Origin: Podarcis gaigeae
Lineage: Eukaryota
Assembly: GCA_964106915.2 (NCBI GenBank)
Contig: OZ066918.1
Reading direction: 5' to 3' (one strand)
Length of the DNA: 64,000 bases
Position 1 is the stretch's first letter. Every line of letters begins with the position of its first letter. The notes under the pieces are model-generated. The model ran no database searches. It was given only the letters and a program-made list of their open reading frames with translations, and had not been told where the DNA came from. Below are positions 11,787-22,482 of the stretch, one piece after another. A program made the translations under genes and the position numbers.

Positions 11787-13249
11787 ACCTAGAGTTTCAA
11801 GAGTGGAGAGAGAAGCCCAGTGTGGACACATCCTCATTCTTTGGTTTTGTTCTTTAGAGTCCCCCCCCCCCACCTCCTGGTTGCGTCTGCAATTTGCTTA
11901 TCTCTAACAGCAGGTAGGCAGGACCTTAAATATTCTTGCCTAGTAAAGAGCTCTGGTAGAACAGAACCAGGGAGACCTGCAGCAAAATGTTGCAGTGTGG
12001 AATGTTCTTGGGCTCCTCCAGATGACCTGTTTACTAGCACAAAGTTTTCAGGGCAACTTTACAGTATCTCCTCTTCTCTTTATTGAGAATCCCTCCTGAA
12101 TTGTTTGTGGGGAGGTTATATGACTTCCTGTTAACAGACCATCATCACACACTTTTTAGTGAACTTCCTCATCACTTTCCTTCCTGCAAAAAGTCTGGAA
12201 CTTTTTAAAAAGTAGATATGTTGTGCCACAGCACTTAAACTGTGACAACCAAGATTTCTGGTATGCAATGAAATTCTTCCTGCGATATAGTGACAGTCTG
12301 TTCAGTACCCTCCCCAGGATACTCCATTACATTTTCCACCCAATCAGTTTTCCTCCCTCCACCCACATGCTGCAATAGTATTCCATGGCCACTGAACATG
12401 TTCTTTTTGGGGTCCCCCATAATTTCCCCCCTAAAGATTCTTTATACTTCTGCAAAAGTTAGAGTTTCCTGAAGCCTGTTGATACTTCCCTCTTGCCCAT
12501 AGCTGTCTTAGCTTCATAAGCAGTGGTACTGATGTCTGAACATAAGAAACAGAGGGAATAATGAGCAGGACTAAAAGGGAAAGGTACATGATTTAAACTG
12601 ACAGCCTGTTTCAAGCTGTAGGGAATGCTTTCTTTGTCACAGGTTTTGCTCAAAATGTCAGACTTGACAACTCACTATTTTCCAGGGTTGGGAAAATATT
12701 CATAAATAGCAGAGCATTCTGGTACACTTAACAGCTCTCCCTTCGGGTTTTATACATTTCATCTGAATGTAGCTCTACCTTTTTGTGAGGTCTTTAGCTA
12801 ATTTAGATTGGGCTCCCACGCATTCAAGATGTGATGCAGTCATTCACAGGGGCACATAAATAGCGTAGGAGAGAGGCTAAAATAATTATTTTGGTTTCAC
12901 TTACAAAAAATGTTCTCAGGCAGATAGTAGGGCAACATGCTCTGTGTAGGAGCACAGTTAGGCAATAGAGTGACTTGTCTTGGGAAACTTTCAAAGATTG
13001 ATGGTTATCAATCAGAGATTACTGAAACTGGGAATGGGATATCTAGGTCAACACTAGCTTCTGTAATTGAGGTGTTTCATCTGTTGCGGTTTCATGAAAC
13101 ACCTTTTCCTTCTTGAAGTAGGTGAATCCAAGAACTTCAGAGGATCCCAGTAAATTAAATGGATCATCTTCCCTATATTTTGTGTCTCATTCTCTGGGGC
13201 TACATCTTCGCCAAATAGTTGCTGAACGCTTGTCCAATTATCTCACCAG

Positions 13250-13351
13250 GTTCTGAAGAAGATCTCCAAGTACATCCAAGAGCAGAATGAGAAAATCTAT
13301 GCTCCTCGAGGGCTGTTGCTGACAGACCCAGTGGAACGGGGCATGCGAGTT
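13250..13351 (+). CDS. GOLGA7B: GOLGA7B exon 4 ([34 protein letters not shown])
   Basis: caccag acceptor, 102 nt, followed by GTATCCTTC; not in the ORF track because it is short. Confidence 0.96.
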
Positions 13352-13440
13352 GTATCCTTCCTGGTTAGCACCAAAGGGGAAAGGGGAAGATATGGTCACC
13401 ATATAGATCGCTCTACTTACCCGTGTGGATGACTCTCAGC

Positions 13441-13441
<1 letters not shown>

Positions 13442-13473
<32 letters not shown>
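13442..13473. repeat. (AC)n microsatellite
   Basis: Direct reading. Confidence 0.95.
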
Positions 13474-13475
<2 letters not shown>

Positions 13476-14657
13476 CCATTTCCTGTGTCCCAGCTGAGAT
13501 TCTCTGCTCCAAATTCAGTTGTGGGATTGTGCTACTTAGTCTTCTTACTTATTTTACAGTGTTTGTTTACTGCTTTCTAAGCACAGTGGCTCAAAGCAGT
13601 TCCCAAAAATAAAATCAGATCTACAGGCAGATGATATTACTCTACACAGCAACAAATCTGGAGTCCCAAGTGCTATCAGTGATATTTCGAACAATAGCAT
13701 TGTGTGACTCTGCTCCCTTGACAAGAGTTTGGGGAAATGGGGCAATATAAGGCTGAAGTTTTTAGCAACATAGGAAACTGCCTTATATGAAGCCAGACCA
13801 TTGTCCCATCTTGCTCAGTACCACTGAGCTATGACCCTTCCTAACTGCTGCTCACTTTTCTGCTGCTCTCAGCAGATGGGATCAGCTGGTTTGAGGCACA
13901 GTGTGTGGACAGTGATGTCTAAAGTAACCCCCCCAATTCCCTTTGCTGGTCTTGCTGCCTCCCCAGGTTCACCACAGTGCCACAGGAAACGACCCTTGCT
14001 CCCAAAGGGGCTACCAGGCCTATGCTTAGCAGCCAGAGGTTTTTGGTCTTTGTGGAGGCAAGCTCCTTCACCAGAGGTTGTGTCCAGCTATTGCGGCTTC
14101 TGGCTCTGCTCCCTTGAAGGGATGTGGTGGCCAAGAAGAAGTGGGTACTGAAAGGCCCATGTTTTCCCTCCAACCCACCAAGCATTCCTGCTGCCTCTAG
14201 TGCTGCCAGGACTCACAGTTTCCTGAACTCGTCAGCAAAATGTATTTTAGCCTTCAAAAACACCAGCAAAACACCGTAGGGATTATAAAGGATGTGCTTG
14301 GGATGTGTTTGTTTAGAGCTTTAAAACTTTGCTCTTCAGATGAAAAAGGCTTGCAAAGACCAAAAATAAAACAGTCCCTGCCCTCGGGCTCACAATCTAG
14401 GGGACACAGCACAAAATGAGAGATTTGGGAGGGAAGAGGTAAAAGCAAACTCAGGTGCAAATTTTTAGTTACGAAGAACATCTCATAATGGAAGGCAGTA
14501 GCATATAGCTTTAGGGCTGTCCCTGCAATAGTGAGCATGCAATACATTCATGGGGCAACGGCTACTTTTGTGTAAGGAAAGATTAACTGTCTTATCATGT
14601 CAAAACAAAAAAAATTCCTTCCAGTAGCACCTTAAAGACCAACTAAGTTAGTTCTTG

Positions 14658-14695
14658 GTATGAGCTTTCGTGTGCATGCACACTTCTTCAGATAC
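14658..14695 (-). ncRNA. Minimal type I hammerhead ribozyme motif (Penelope-type)
   Basis: Minus strand reads GTAT-CTGAAGA-A-GTGTGCATGCACAC-GAAA-GC-TC-ATAC: CUGANGA and GAAA cores, stem II hairpin, palindromic AGCT stem III, stem I GTAT/ATAC. Confidence 0.7.
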
Positions 14696-14701
14696 ACACC
14701 T

Positions 14702-14739
14702 GTATCTGAAGAAGTGTGCATGCACAGGAAAGCTCATAC
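14702..14739 (+). ncRNA. Minimal hammerhead ribozyme motif, second copy (stem II closing pair mutated)
   Basis: GTAT-CTGAAGA-AGTGTGCATGCACAG-GAAA-GCTC-ATAC; C>G at 14727 breaks the base of stem II. Confidence 0.55.
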
Positions 14740-15602
14740 CAAGAACTAACTTAGTTGGTCTTTAAGGTGCTACTGGAAGGATTTTTTTGTGTTTTGACTA
14801 TGGCAGACCAACATGGCTACCTATCTGTAACTGTCTTATCATGTGCCTGCTTACTCTCTCAAACATAAGTTTCACTTAGTTCAGTAATACTTATTCCCAA
14901 GTTAATAAAGCATTGCACATTTTCAACTATTTGGCTTAGATAAGTGGTGGTTAAGGAGTGGAAGTAGACAGATATGAAACTATGACTATGGAGCAACCTT
15001 CTTTCACCTTCTGTGTGATATCATACAGCAGGAATGGAAAACCTGTCACCCCACAGATGTTCTTAGGTTCCAGCTCCCATCAACGCCAACTAACTTGGTT
15101 GGCCAGTAGTCTGGGATTATGGGATGGAACCAACAGATTAAGGGCACGTCCATACTTCTGCTTGTCATGCCACTTTCCCTGGGGTAATGCAGCTCTTTAC
15201 CGCTGAATCGGAGCAAATGTCAATTGGGTTTTCCATGGACTGACACTTGCTCCAATTCAGCAGTAAAGAGCGGGTTTTCCTGGGAAAAGAGGTGGGGCAA
15301 ACAGAAAACCTCTGGGACCTGTTCTTTCTAGGTGAGGGATAAGTGGAAGTGAGCAGAAGCTCCAACAACACAGGATGTCAACCCCTTCTGTAGAAGAAGG
15401 CACCTGATGTCAGAGAAAAACAGATGAGGCATATTTTTACCCAGTGCATAGTTGACTTGTGGAAGCACAACAACATGTATTTGAGACAGAGCAACTGCCT
15501 GAAAGGTGCGCTGTCATTTCATACTTCAGCTGCACATGCCAAACTGTCTGAGGTTGGAACAGTCAGAAACTTGCTCTTACCAGATAAGCTGAAGTCTTAC
15601 AA

Positions 15603-15900
15603 CAGGGGTGAGGAAACGTCTTCAGTCTGAGGCCTCGTTTCCTCGTGAGGAACCTCCCAAGGGCTACTTGCTAGTGGTGGGTGATGCCAGAGGCAAAGCT
15701 GGGTGAAAGATCAGATGGGACTCTTCCAGCATAAATCAGAAGTTTATATACATACATCTGTCCAGCCAGGCAGAAGAACTCAAGGTGGGCATACAGCAAG
15801 ATTGTCCCAGGAGAGGCATGGCCTAGGGAGTTTCCTAAAGGCTGGATGGAGAGATCTGGAGGGACACAGTTGGCCCCTGGGCTGGAGGTTCCCCACCCTG
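15603..15900. mobile_element. Degraded non-autonomous hAT element
   Basis: Ends CAGGGGTGAGGAAAC / GGTTCCCCACCCTG; imperfect 8-bp TSD TCTTACAA / TCCTACAG. Confidence 0.6.
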
Positions 15901-16008
15901 TCCTACAGCATTGTCAAGCTCTTTGTGCATTTGTGGCTGCTGAACAGGGGTGCGCAAGGCTACTAGCTCTCCTTGTTCCCTGTGTCCTCCTTATCCTCTT
16001 GCCCACAG

Positions 16009-16116
16009 ATCGAGATCTCCATCTATGAGGATCGTTGCAGCAGTTCCAGCTCTGGCAGCTCAAGCAGCAGCAACAGCAGTGCTGGTGGCGGGGGTGGGGG
16101 AGCCGGGGGCCGGTGA
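16009..16116 (+). CDS. GOLGA7B: GOLGA7B exon 5 to first stop (IEISIYEDRCSSSSSGSSSSNSSAGGGGGGAGGR*)
   Basis: cccacag acceptor; Ser/Gly-rich tail typical of GOLGA7B; TGA at 16114-16116; total CDS 166 aa. Confidence 0.95.
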   Translation: MEISIYEDRCSSSSSGSSSSSNSSAGGGGGGAGGR

Positions 16117-16206
16117 CTGGCACAGAGTCCCGGCAGGGATTTGTACTGCCGGGACGACGGTGTCTCCGAGATCCGCAGACTGCGCTACCAGAGCACCCGC
16201 TTCTGA
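16117..16206 (+). CDS. GOLGA7B: Putative stop-codon-readthrough extension of GOLGA7B (X-LAQSPGRDLYCRDDGVSEIRRLRYQSTRF*)
   Basis: In frame after TGA-CTG, 29 sense codons to a second TGA at 16204-16206; ends in a class I PDZ motif; 8 CpGs in 87 nt versus 2 in the next ~94 nt. Confidence 0.6.
   Translation: MAQSPGRDLYCRDDGVSEIRRLRYQSTRF
16119..16164 (+). promoter_or_regulatory. RNA stem-loop 3' of the GOLGA7B stop codon (candidate readthrough stimulator)
   Basis: GTCCCGGCAG (16127-16136) is the exact reverse complement of CTGCCGGGAC (16146-16155) with a 9-nt loop; extendable by GGCAC (16119-16123) pairing with GTGTC (16160-16164). Confidence 0.65.
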
Positions 16207-18048
16207 GCAGCCCCAGGGGGGTTGGGGTGCCGGCAAGGAGGGTTGGGGCACCCCTGGGGAGGGGCTTGTGACAACCAGCGGGGGGCAAAGTCCTTGTAAG
16301 AGGATGCTTGGCCTCAGCCCCAAATGAGCCCAGTCTCTCCATGGCTCAGAACCTGGATAACCTGAATTGACACTTCCTGCGGGCTCCTGGGGACACTCCT
16401 GCCCACCCCCTCCCTGGGATGTCCAAATGTGTCATTCTCCAAGTCCTGTCCTCACAAGCTGCAGGTACACAAATACACCGTCCGAATGCACCCTCTTGCT
16501 CAAGGTCAAATGACCAGTAAAGACCAGCCCAGCATGGTGAGGTGGGGTGGGGTGGGGTGGAGTGTGGGTGAGGGAACTGGTGGTTTTGGGACCCTGTGAC
16601 AAGCCTTTCCCTGAGCACCACTGTCCTCTCCCCTCCTGCATTGGCACTGACCCCCCATCCTAGCTCCTGTCTTTTGCTTGCTGCTGTGCATGCCATTCTC
16701 CTGGCACTTTAGGCATGGTCTGAGCATCCAACATCCACAGTGCTGTGATGGGGCCCCTGCAAGTGCTTTGCCCACCTTCCCCTCCCTCCTGCAGGGTGCT
16801 GGTACTGGCAGAGACATGCCCTCTCACAGATTCCAGGATGGACTCTGTACTAGGGCACATGCCTCTTGCGCTGGATCCTTCTGAGGTAACAGAGGGACAG
16901 GGGCATTGTAAGGAGCCACAGGAGGATGTGAGGCAGCAGCACTGCCCCCCTCTGGTGGGATAGCAGCACGGATCCTGTCGAGAACTATAGAGTCTTCCAA
17001 AGTTGAAAGACTGCACCTTGCCACCTCTGACCAGGTGCAACAGGTTTTCCAGTTCAACGAGGGATCACGGAGAGCATCAGAAGATGGGAGATGTTGGAGG
17101 TGCTTTAGTGGAGAGGCCTCTGGCTCCTCAATTCCTCAGCTCATCCCAGTCCAATAAGCATCTTTGGGATTATGTATGTAAATATTTAATATAGCCCTGG
17201 CTACCAAAGCTCCACCCCTCCCTTCACCCTTACACCACATTTGGCAAACAGAAGAAAGAGGAAGGAGGATGAAAATTCCGAGGTGGGTATGGAACCCTGC
17301 AATATTTGACCCACTTCCCTAGAGCACAGGTGTTTTGCAGCATCACCTTATCACTTGCATGCACAAGTTGTCTCCTTGCTGCATGCTCCCTCTCCCTCCT
17401 TCCTGTAAATAGCTTCCTGGGCCCCCCCTATGTATGTTTGAGACCCTTTTGGTTCTGGAGCTTCAGTACCTCTTCTCTGAGTCCCCAGTGCCATTCTGTG
17501 AAACGAGATGGGAAGGCAAGGGGGAGACGACTGAGCCACTGGGTCAGTGGTCTGGGCCCCCCCAATGTACAGGTGTCCAAGCCATGGGCAAAGCCTGCCA
17601 CCGCTTCTGGCAATGGACAGCAGCTCCAAAAATGCTTCCAGCTTCTCACACACCACCCGTCCCATGCACAGGTAGATGTCCTTGTGGGGGTGGGGGTCAC
17701 TCAGTATAAGACTTTGTTTGCACCCAGCTGTGGAGGGGGAGATTGTTGGAGGGTAGACACCAGGCTGTTTTGGATGCTTGGCCTGGGCAAACTCAGCAGT
17801 CACTCCACTACTTCGTTAGTGCTCCAAACTTCTTGATTTCAGAATGGGATTTCCTCCTTTTTGATGGTGGGGAAGAATGTGTTTGGCTGCAGAGGGCATC
17901 ACAAATGCATAGAGGTTAAGCCAATGGGACCCTGGGAGGGTTTTCCCCTGTACCCAGATGCCCTGAGAAGCTGCTCCCCATGCCATATATTGGACTCATG
18001 GATCTGGTCATAGTTGTATCCCTCTGACTCTACATGAAAACTTCTGAC

Positions 18049-18108
18049 AATAAACTAGAAGTGAGAATCTACCAGTGTTGCTTTCTTCCTATCCATTCTC
18101 TTAATAAA
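18049..18108 (+). terminator. Candidate GOLGA7B polyadenylation signals
   Basis: AATAAA at 18049-18054 and 18103-18108, where the GC-rich 3' UTR-like sequence ends. Confidence 0.5.
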
Positions 18109-18909
18109 TAATAGACCTGGCTCCCACACATATATTTCATTCACAGCCACCCATGCTGTTGTCTTAAGGCTGCATAACCCATTAGTAGCAATGATTCCCA
18201 TGAATTAAAATATAAAAGTATAGTATGCATTGCCTGGATGATCAAGAACTATCAGCAGGCTTACACTTTTAGGCTTACGCTTTAATTGGACCTTTATTCA
18301 TATGCTTGATTATAGAGCCACTGATGCATGGTTGAAGTATGCATTTAACATTTAATTGATGCTAACACTGCTCTTGAAACAAACAAGACAGATGCTGGAA
18401 TCATGATTGCACCAGAGATTTTGCTGGTTTCGTATGCACTATGCAGATTCACCTGTTTCGTTTGAAGATATCAATGGAGCTGATATGCAGCTGACCTGCT
18501 GCCTGGCTTGGTGGTACTCATACACAGGTAGGTCTGCAGGCAATTGCTCTAAGTCTAAAGCTAGCAAATGAGCTTCAAGAGAGACAGGTTTTCACATGCA
18601 GATTGTCTCACCGATGTGAACTATGCAAAGAAACAAAGTGGGTTTGTGTAAAAGGCCCTGTACCCTTCCAGCACTCAGAGCTTTGCCCTTGACAGAGATG
18701 ACCATGTTAACCAAAGTTAGTTTGGATGAATGTGGGAATTATCCTATAACTTCTGTGAATTTAAAAAAATGTGAACCGTCAGAAGACCTCAGACATTTCC
18801 CCCCAAAAACAAACCAGAGGACTCAGAAAATAGTATTTGTTCACCTCCCCAGAAACTGTCCTCCATCAGCCTCTTCCCCCCAAACAAATTTCCCCTTTCT
18901 TTCCCTTTA

Positions 18910-19098
18910 GGAACATTGGAATCTGCCTTATTTTGAGCCAAGCCACTGGTCTATGTAGCTCACTATTGCCCACACTGGCTGGCAGCAGCTCTTTAGGGTT
19001 TCTGGCAGGAGACTCTCCCGGTGTTACCTGGAGATTCTGTGGATCGAACCCGAGACCTTCTGCTTCCAAGGCACATGCTCTATCACTGAGCTATCCCC
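18910..19098 (-). mobile_element. Squam3-like tRNA SINE
   Basis: Tail aggaacattggaatctgccttat through head ggatcgaacccgagaccttctgc...ctctatcactgagctat; a second partial copy lies head-to-head at about 19120-19240 (+). Confidence 0.65.
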
Positions 19099-19764
19099 AA
19101 GCCAGGTGTCATCTTTTGATGGGGAAGAGCCACAGGTCCATGGCAGAGCATCTGATTTGCTTGGAGAAGGTCCCCAGTTCAAGCCGCAGCACTTTCAGGT
19201 AGGGCTGGGAACACACACCCTTCACCTGAACCCTGGAAAAGGGGAGTAAAATAAATTTTAAAACATTTATCTGTCGGTATAGCCCATTAGGAAGTATCAA
19301 AATTCAAACCCACAATGTTCAAAACAGCCAGAAAATTTTGTATACTTCTGGGATATTTCTTTGCATTTCATCTTTGCTTGTATAAGCAATAGAACAGTGC
19401 CAATCTGCTGCAAAAGAATCTTTATACTTCTTTAGATTATTCATTAATTTATCCACCCAAGTGACTCGCCAGCCCATCTTATACCAATTAGCTTCTGAGG
19501 CACTCTTTCAGTCCATTGAGCAACAACTTGCCACACAGCAGCAAGAATCTATCCAATTAAAGGTTTGGAATAGCCACCCCCATTGTTGTTTTGAAGAGAA
19601 AAACAAGTTTTACAGGACCAATTCTGGAGATTTCATCACTTACTGTCCAGTCATTTCAGGAATTTCTGCAAAGATCACAATCCAAAACTGCAACACATTT
19701 TCACAAGTCTACCACATATGCTGGAATGACGTTTGTATATCCTCTCTAACACAGTTTCAGTTAG

Positions 19765-20753
19765 TATCATGGACTGGCTGGAGGCAGAGTAATGGGAGGC
19801 ACCAGCTGGGGAATCCCCAAGGGAACCCCCAGCGGAAGAAGGCGCAAAGCCAGGGGACTGGTGGTGGTCAGAGGGAAAAAAGGGAGCAGACTGAAGGGAG
19901 GGGGCATCGGAAGCTGAAAGGGTCAGAGGCTTTAGTGAGCAGGAGGAGGCTGTGGCAGAGAGCAGTCCAGAATCAGGCAGAGGCAAAGGCTGGAGAGGAG
20001 GGGAGCCAAGAGGCAGAGATCAGGCAGGCTGCTGCAGAAAGCCAGGGAGTCTCTGTCAGTATATGGAAACATCGCAGCTGCAAACAGCCAGATTGTTGAC
20101 ATCACATGATGCGCCTATCTGTGGGAAAGAAGAATTTCCCAGGAAGTTCACAGGCTTCTCAGAGCTTTGTGAAGAGTGCAATTTGAAACCTTCCATTTGC
20201 GCATGTTCAGGAAGTTTGTCTGACCTGCTAGAAGAACTGAACTGAAAGGACGTGTTTTTCTGTAGTGCTGTAATGTCAGAAATAAACATCATGTAAATAG
20301 ATTTCTGACTTATTTTCTTTCCCCTGCGGAAGCAGGAGGAGGGGGTGTGCATTTTACCCACGCTTGGCAAAATGTCGCCTATCAAAATCTCCCTGGTCTG
20401 TCTGGATGTCAGCCAGAGGAGGTTACCGGTATGCAAGCTCCGAGGACAGCGAGAGGGGCCAGCCTCTGTGGAGGGGGCTTGCAAACTAACAGTCTCCCCC
20501 TCCCTCCTGGTCTCCCAGAACCCATGGAGGTATGAAAAGGAGCCTAGACAGACACGGCAAAGAAGTTTCAGGTTGCATGGGAAGGAGACTTAGGGAGTCC
20601 TTGCAACTGCCTCAATGGGGCAAGATCTACTGAAAAGAGCTGCTGTGCTCACTGGGCCTGTCTTCCTGAGCTGTTTGTTTTTTTGTATAAAGAATTAACT
20701 TCACGGACGCCTTGTGAGTTATTGTTTATCTGCTCCCACCTCCCTCCTTGACT
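19765..20753. mobile_element. LTR-like element (probable Gypsy-type solo LTR) interrupted by a nested solo LTR
   Basis: Purine-rich body; degenerate TGTCA...TGACA ends (TATCA / TGACT); possible 5-bp TSD GTTAG / ATTAG. Confidence 0.5.
20054..20491. mobile_element. Solo LTR, 438 bp
   Basis: TG...CA ends with short inverted repeat TGTCAGT / ACTAACA; perfect 5-bp TSD GTCTC at 20049-20053 and 20492-20496. Confidence 0.75.
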
Positions 20754-22369
20754 ATTAGATATATTCATTTGAAACAGTCTCATACCATTTCTGCACATCT
20801 TTTCATGTTCGTTCCCTCATACTAGATGATGCTGATTTAATGGGCAGCTTTAACCACATAGAATTCCAATAACTGCCTTAAGTCTCTTTTCCACAGGCTA
20901 GTTGGTGTTAGGTGGCCTGGGAGTGGCAGTCCATCAGGAGTGTGAACCTGGCATTGCTCTCACTTGCTTTCCATGGATCATTTGGTGTCAAGGCTTATGT
21001 AGGCTGGCCTTCCCTGCCCACTGCTTGCTGGACTACAACTCCCATCAGCCCTAGCCAGCATGGCCAATGGTCAGGAATGATGGGAGTTATAGTGCAACAT
21101 CTTGAGGGCACTAGATCGGGGAAAACTGATGTGGATCTTCTGCTGTGCTAGGCCCCAGCCTCTCTGTGCCTTCACCAAGATCTCAGTTATTCAGAACTTA
21201 CAGCAGTGTAATAATACATATCAGAAAAGCATGTGAACTAAGCCAGATAAGAGTTTGGGGGCTTGTAACACTCACCTCTCATTTAAAGTGGGTTTTATGA
21301 GCCCCCAGAGTTCATTTCTGAGCCTGGTATGGCTCACGAGATCTTCACCAGCATCCCTAGTCCCTGGTGGCTCTTGCTTGTTCAAGTTTGTGCCAGACTT
21401 CCCTGACAGGTGATCAGCATGGCCAATGATCTACTTGCCTGGGAGCCAGAATTCTTAATCCAAGCTTTCCCTTTGCTCTGCCTCCACCCCCAAAAGCTGA
21501 TAGTTGGCATTATTAAATCTAGGAGCATTGACCACAGAGAATGTGTGCATAGGGATGCTCATTCATGGCCAACTGTAGCATGCAGGGGTATGGGGACTGG
21601 GACCAATACTGTGGCATGGATTGCAGCGATTCAGAGAAAACCTAAGTGTGAATTCTTTTTTTTTTTTTTTTACTTGAAATATTCTAACCGTGAGGTTGTA
21701 AAGCCCTACAGGTCTTCTGAAATTCATGTTTGTATCACAGCACCCTCAAGTGGTGAAGGATTTTAAGAGGCATAACCAGGGCTATACAGTATATATATAT
21801 ATATCAAATTCTAAAAGAGCACAGAATTCTGTACTGAGAACAGGATGTTTCATGTTAATCTCAGCTTTTGTGGTTTTTGAAAAATGAAGCCTCTAGCCCT
21901 TTTGGCTGTGAAGGTGTGCTGAAAAGCAACGTGGGCAATATCTGCTGAAATCTCAGGACCTGGAAAGGTAGCTGTATAAGTTTAGCAGCAGCAGAGGAAC
22001 AAGTCTTCCGTGTTCTTTGCCCTTCCCTTGACTAGCAAAGGCAGAATAAATTATGCAAAATATAAATAATTGAAGAATGAATTATGCAAAATAAGAGAAG
22101 TGTACACATTCCCCCAACTTGCATAATTTATATAGATTGCAGATTTCGGCATTGGCACTAAAAATATTTATTTATTCAGTACACCAAGTCCTTGCCATAA
22201 CCATGGATTATCTCCATGGAAAACCTTACATTATTTTAAATAACAGTAATAGCAATAATGTAGAACCACAGATTTCTACTTTTGAATGCCCAGTCTATGG
22301 ATGAATCTCTTTTCCACCATGTTGGACCATGTTTACACAAACAATTAGAAGGCATAATAGAATAGAGAC

Positions 22370-22482
22370 CCTTGATTCCAGGGTCGTGGGTTCAAACCCC
22401 ATGTTGGGCACAAGATTCTTGCATTGCAGGTGATTGGACTATATGTCTCTTGTGGTCCCTTTCAACTGTAGAATTCTACGAT
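22370..22482 (+). mobile_element. tRNA-Lys-derived SINE with CR1 tail (degraded)
   Basis: cagggtcgtgggttcaaaccccatgttgggca followed by a CR1 3' end (ttggacta...ggtccctttcaact...attcta). Confidence 0.65.

Larger units (their letters stand above)
14601..14827. mobile_element. Penelope-like element terminal (pLTR) fragment in inverted arrangement
   Basis: Inverted arms of about 97 bp (14599-14696 / 14701-14798) with a 4-nt spacer; flanking 17-bp direct repeat TAACTGTCTTATCATGT at 14584-14600 and 14828-14844; contains hammerhead cores. Confidence 0.8.
13352..16008 (+). other. GOLGA7B: U12-type (minor spliceosome) GT-AG intron
   Basis: 5' splice site GTATCCTT equals the U12 consensus; branch-like TCCTTATC at 15988-15995 with its A 15 nt before the cag acceptor. 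Confidence 0.88.

Noticed and set aside
16114-18108. Selenocysteine decoding of the GOLGA7B TGA
   Set aside because: I could not identify a SECIS element in the 3' UTR by eye, and the TGA follows a low-complexity Gly/Ser tail rather than a redox motif. A SECISearch run would settle it.
19461-20099. 212-aa ORF
   Set aside because: Crosses the boundaries of an old AT-rich segment and two LTR-like elements; a compositional artefact.
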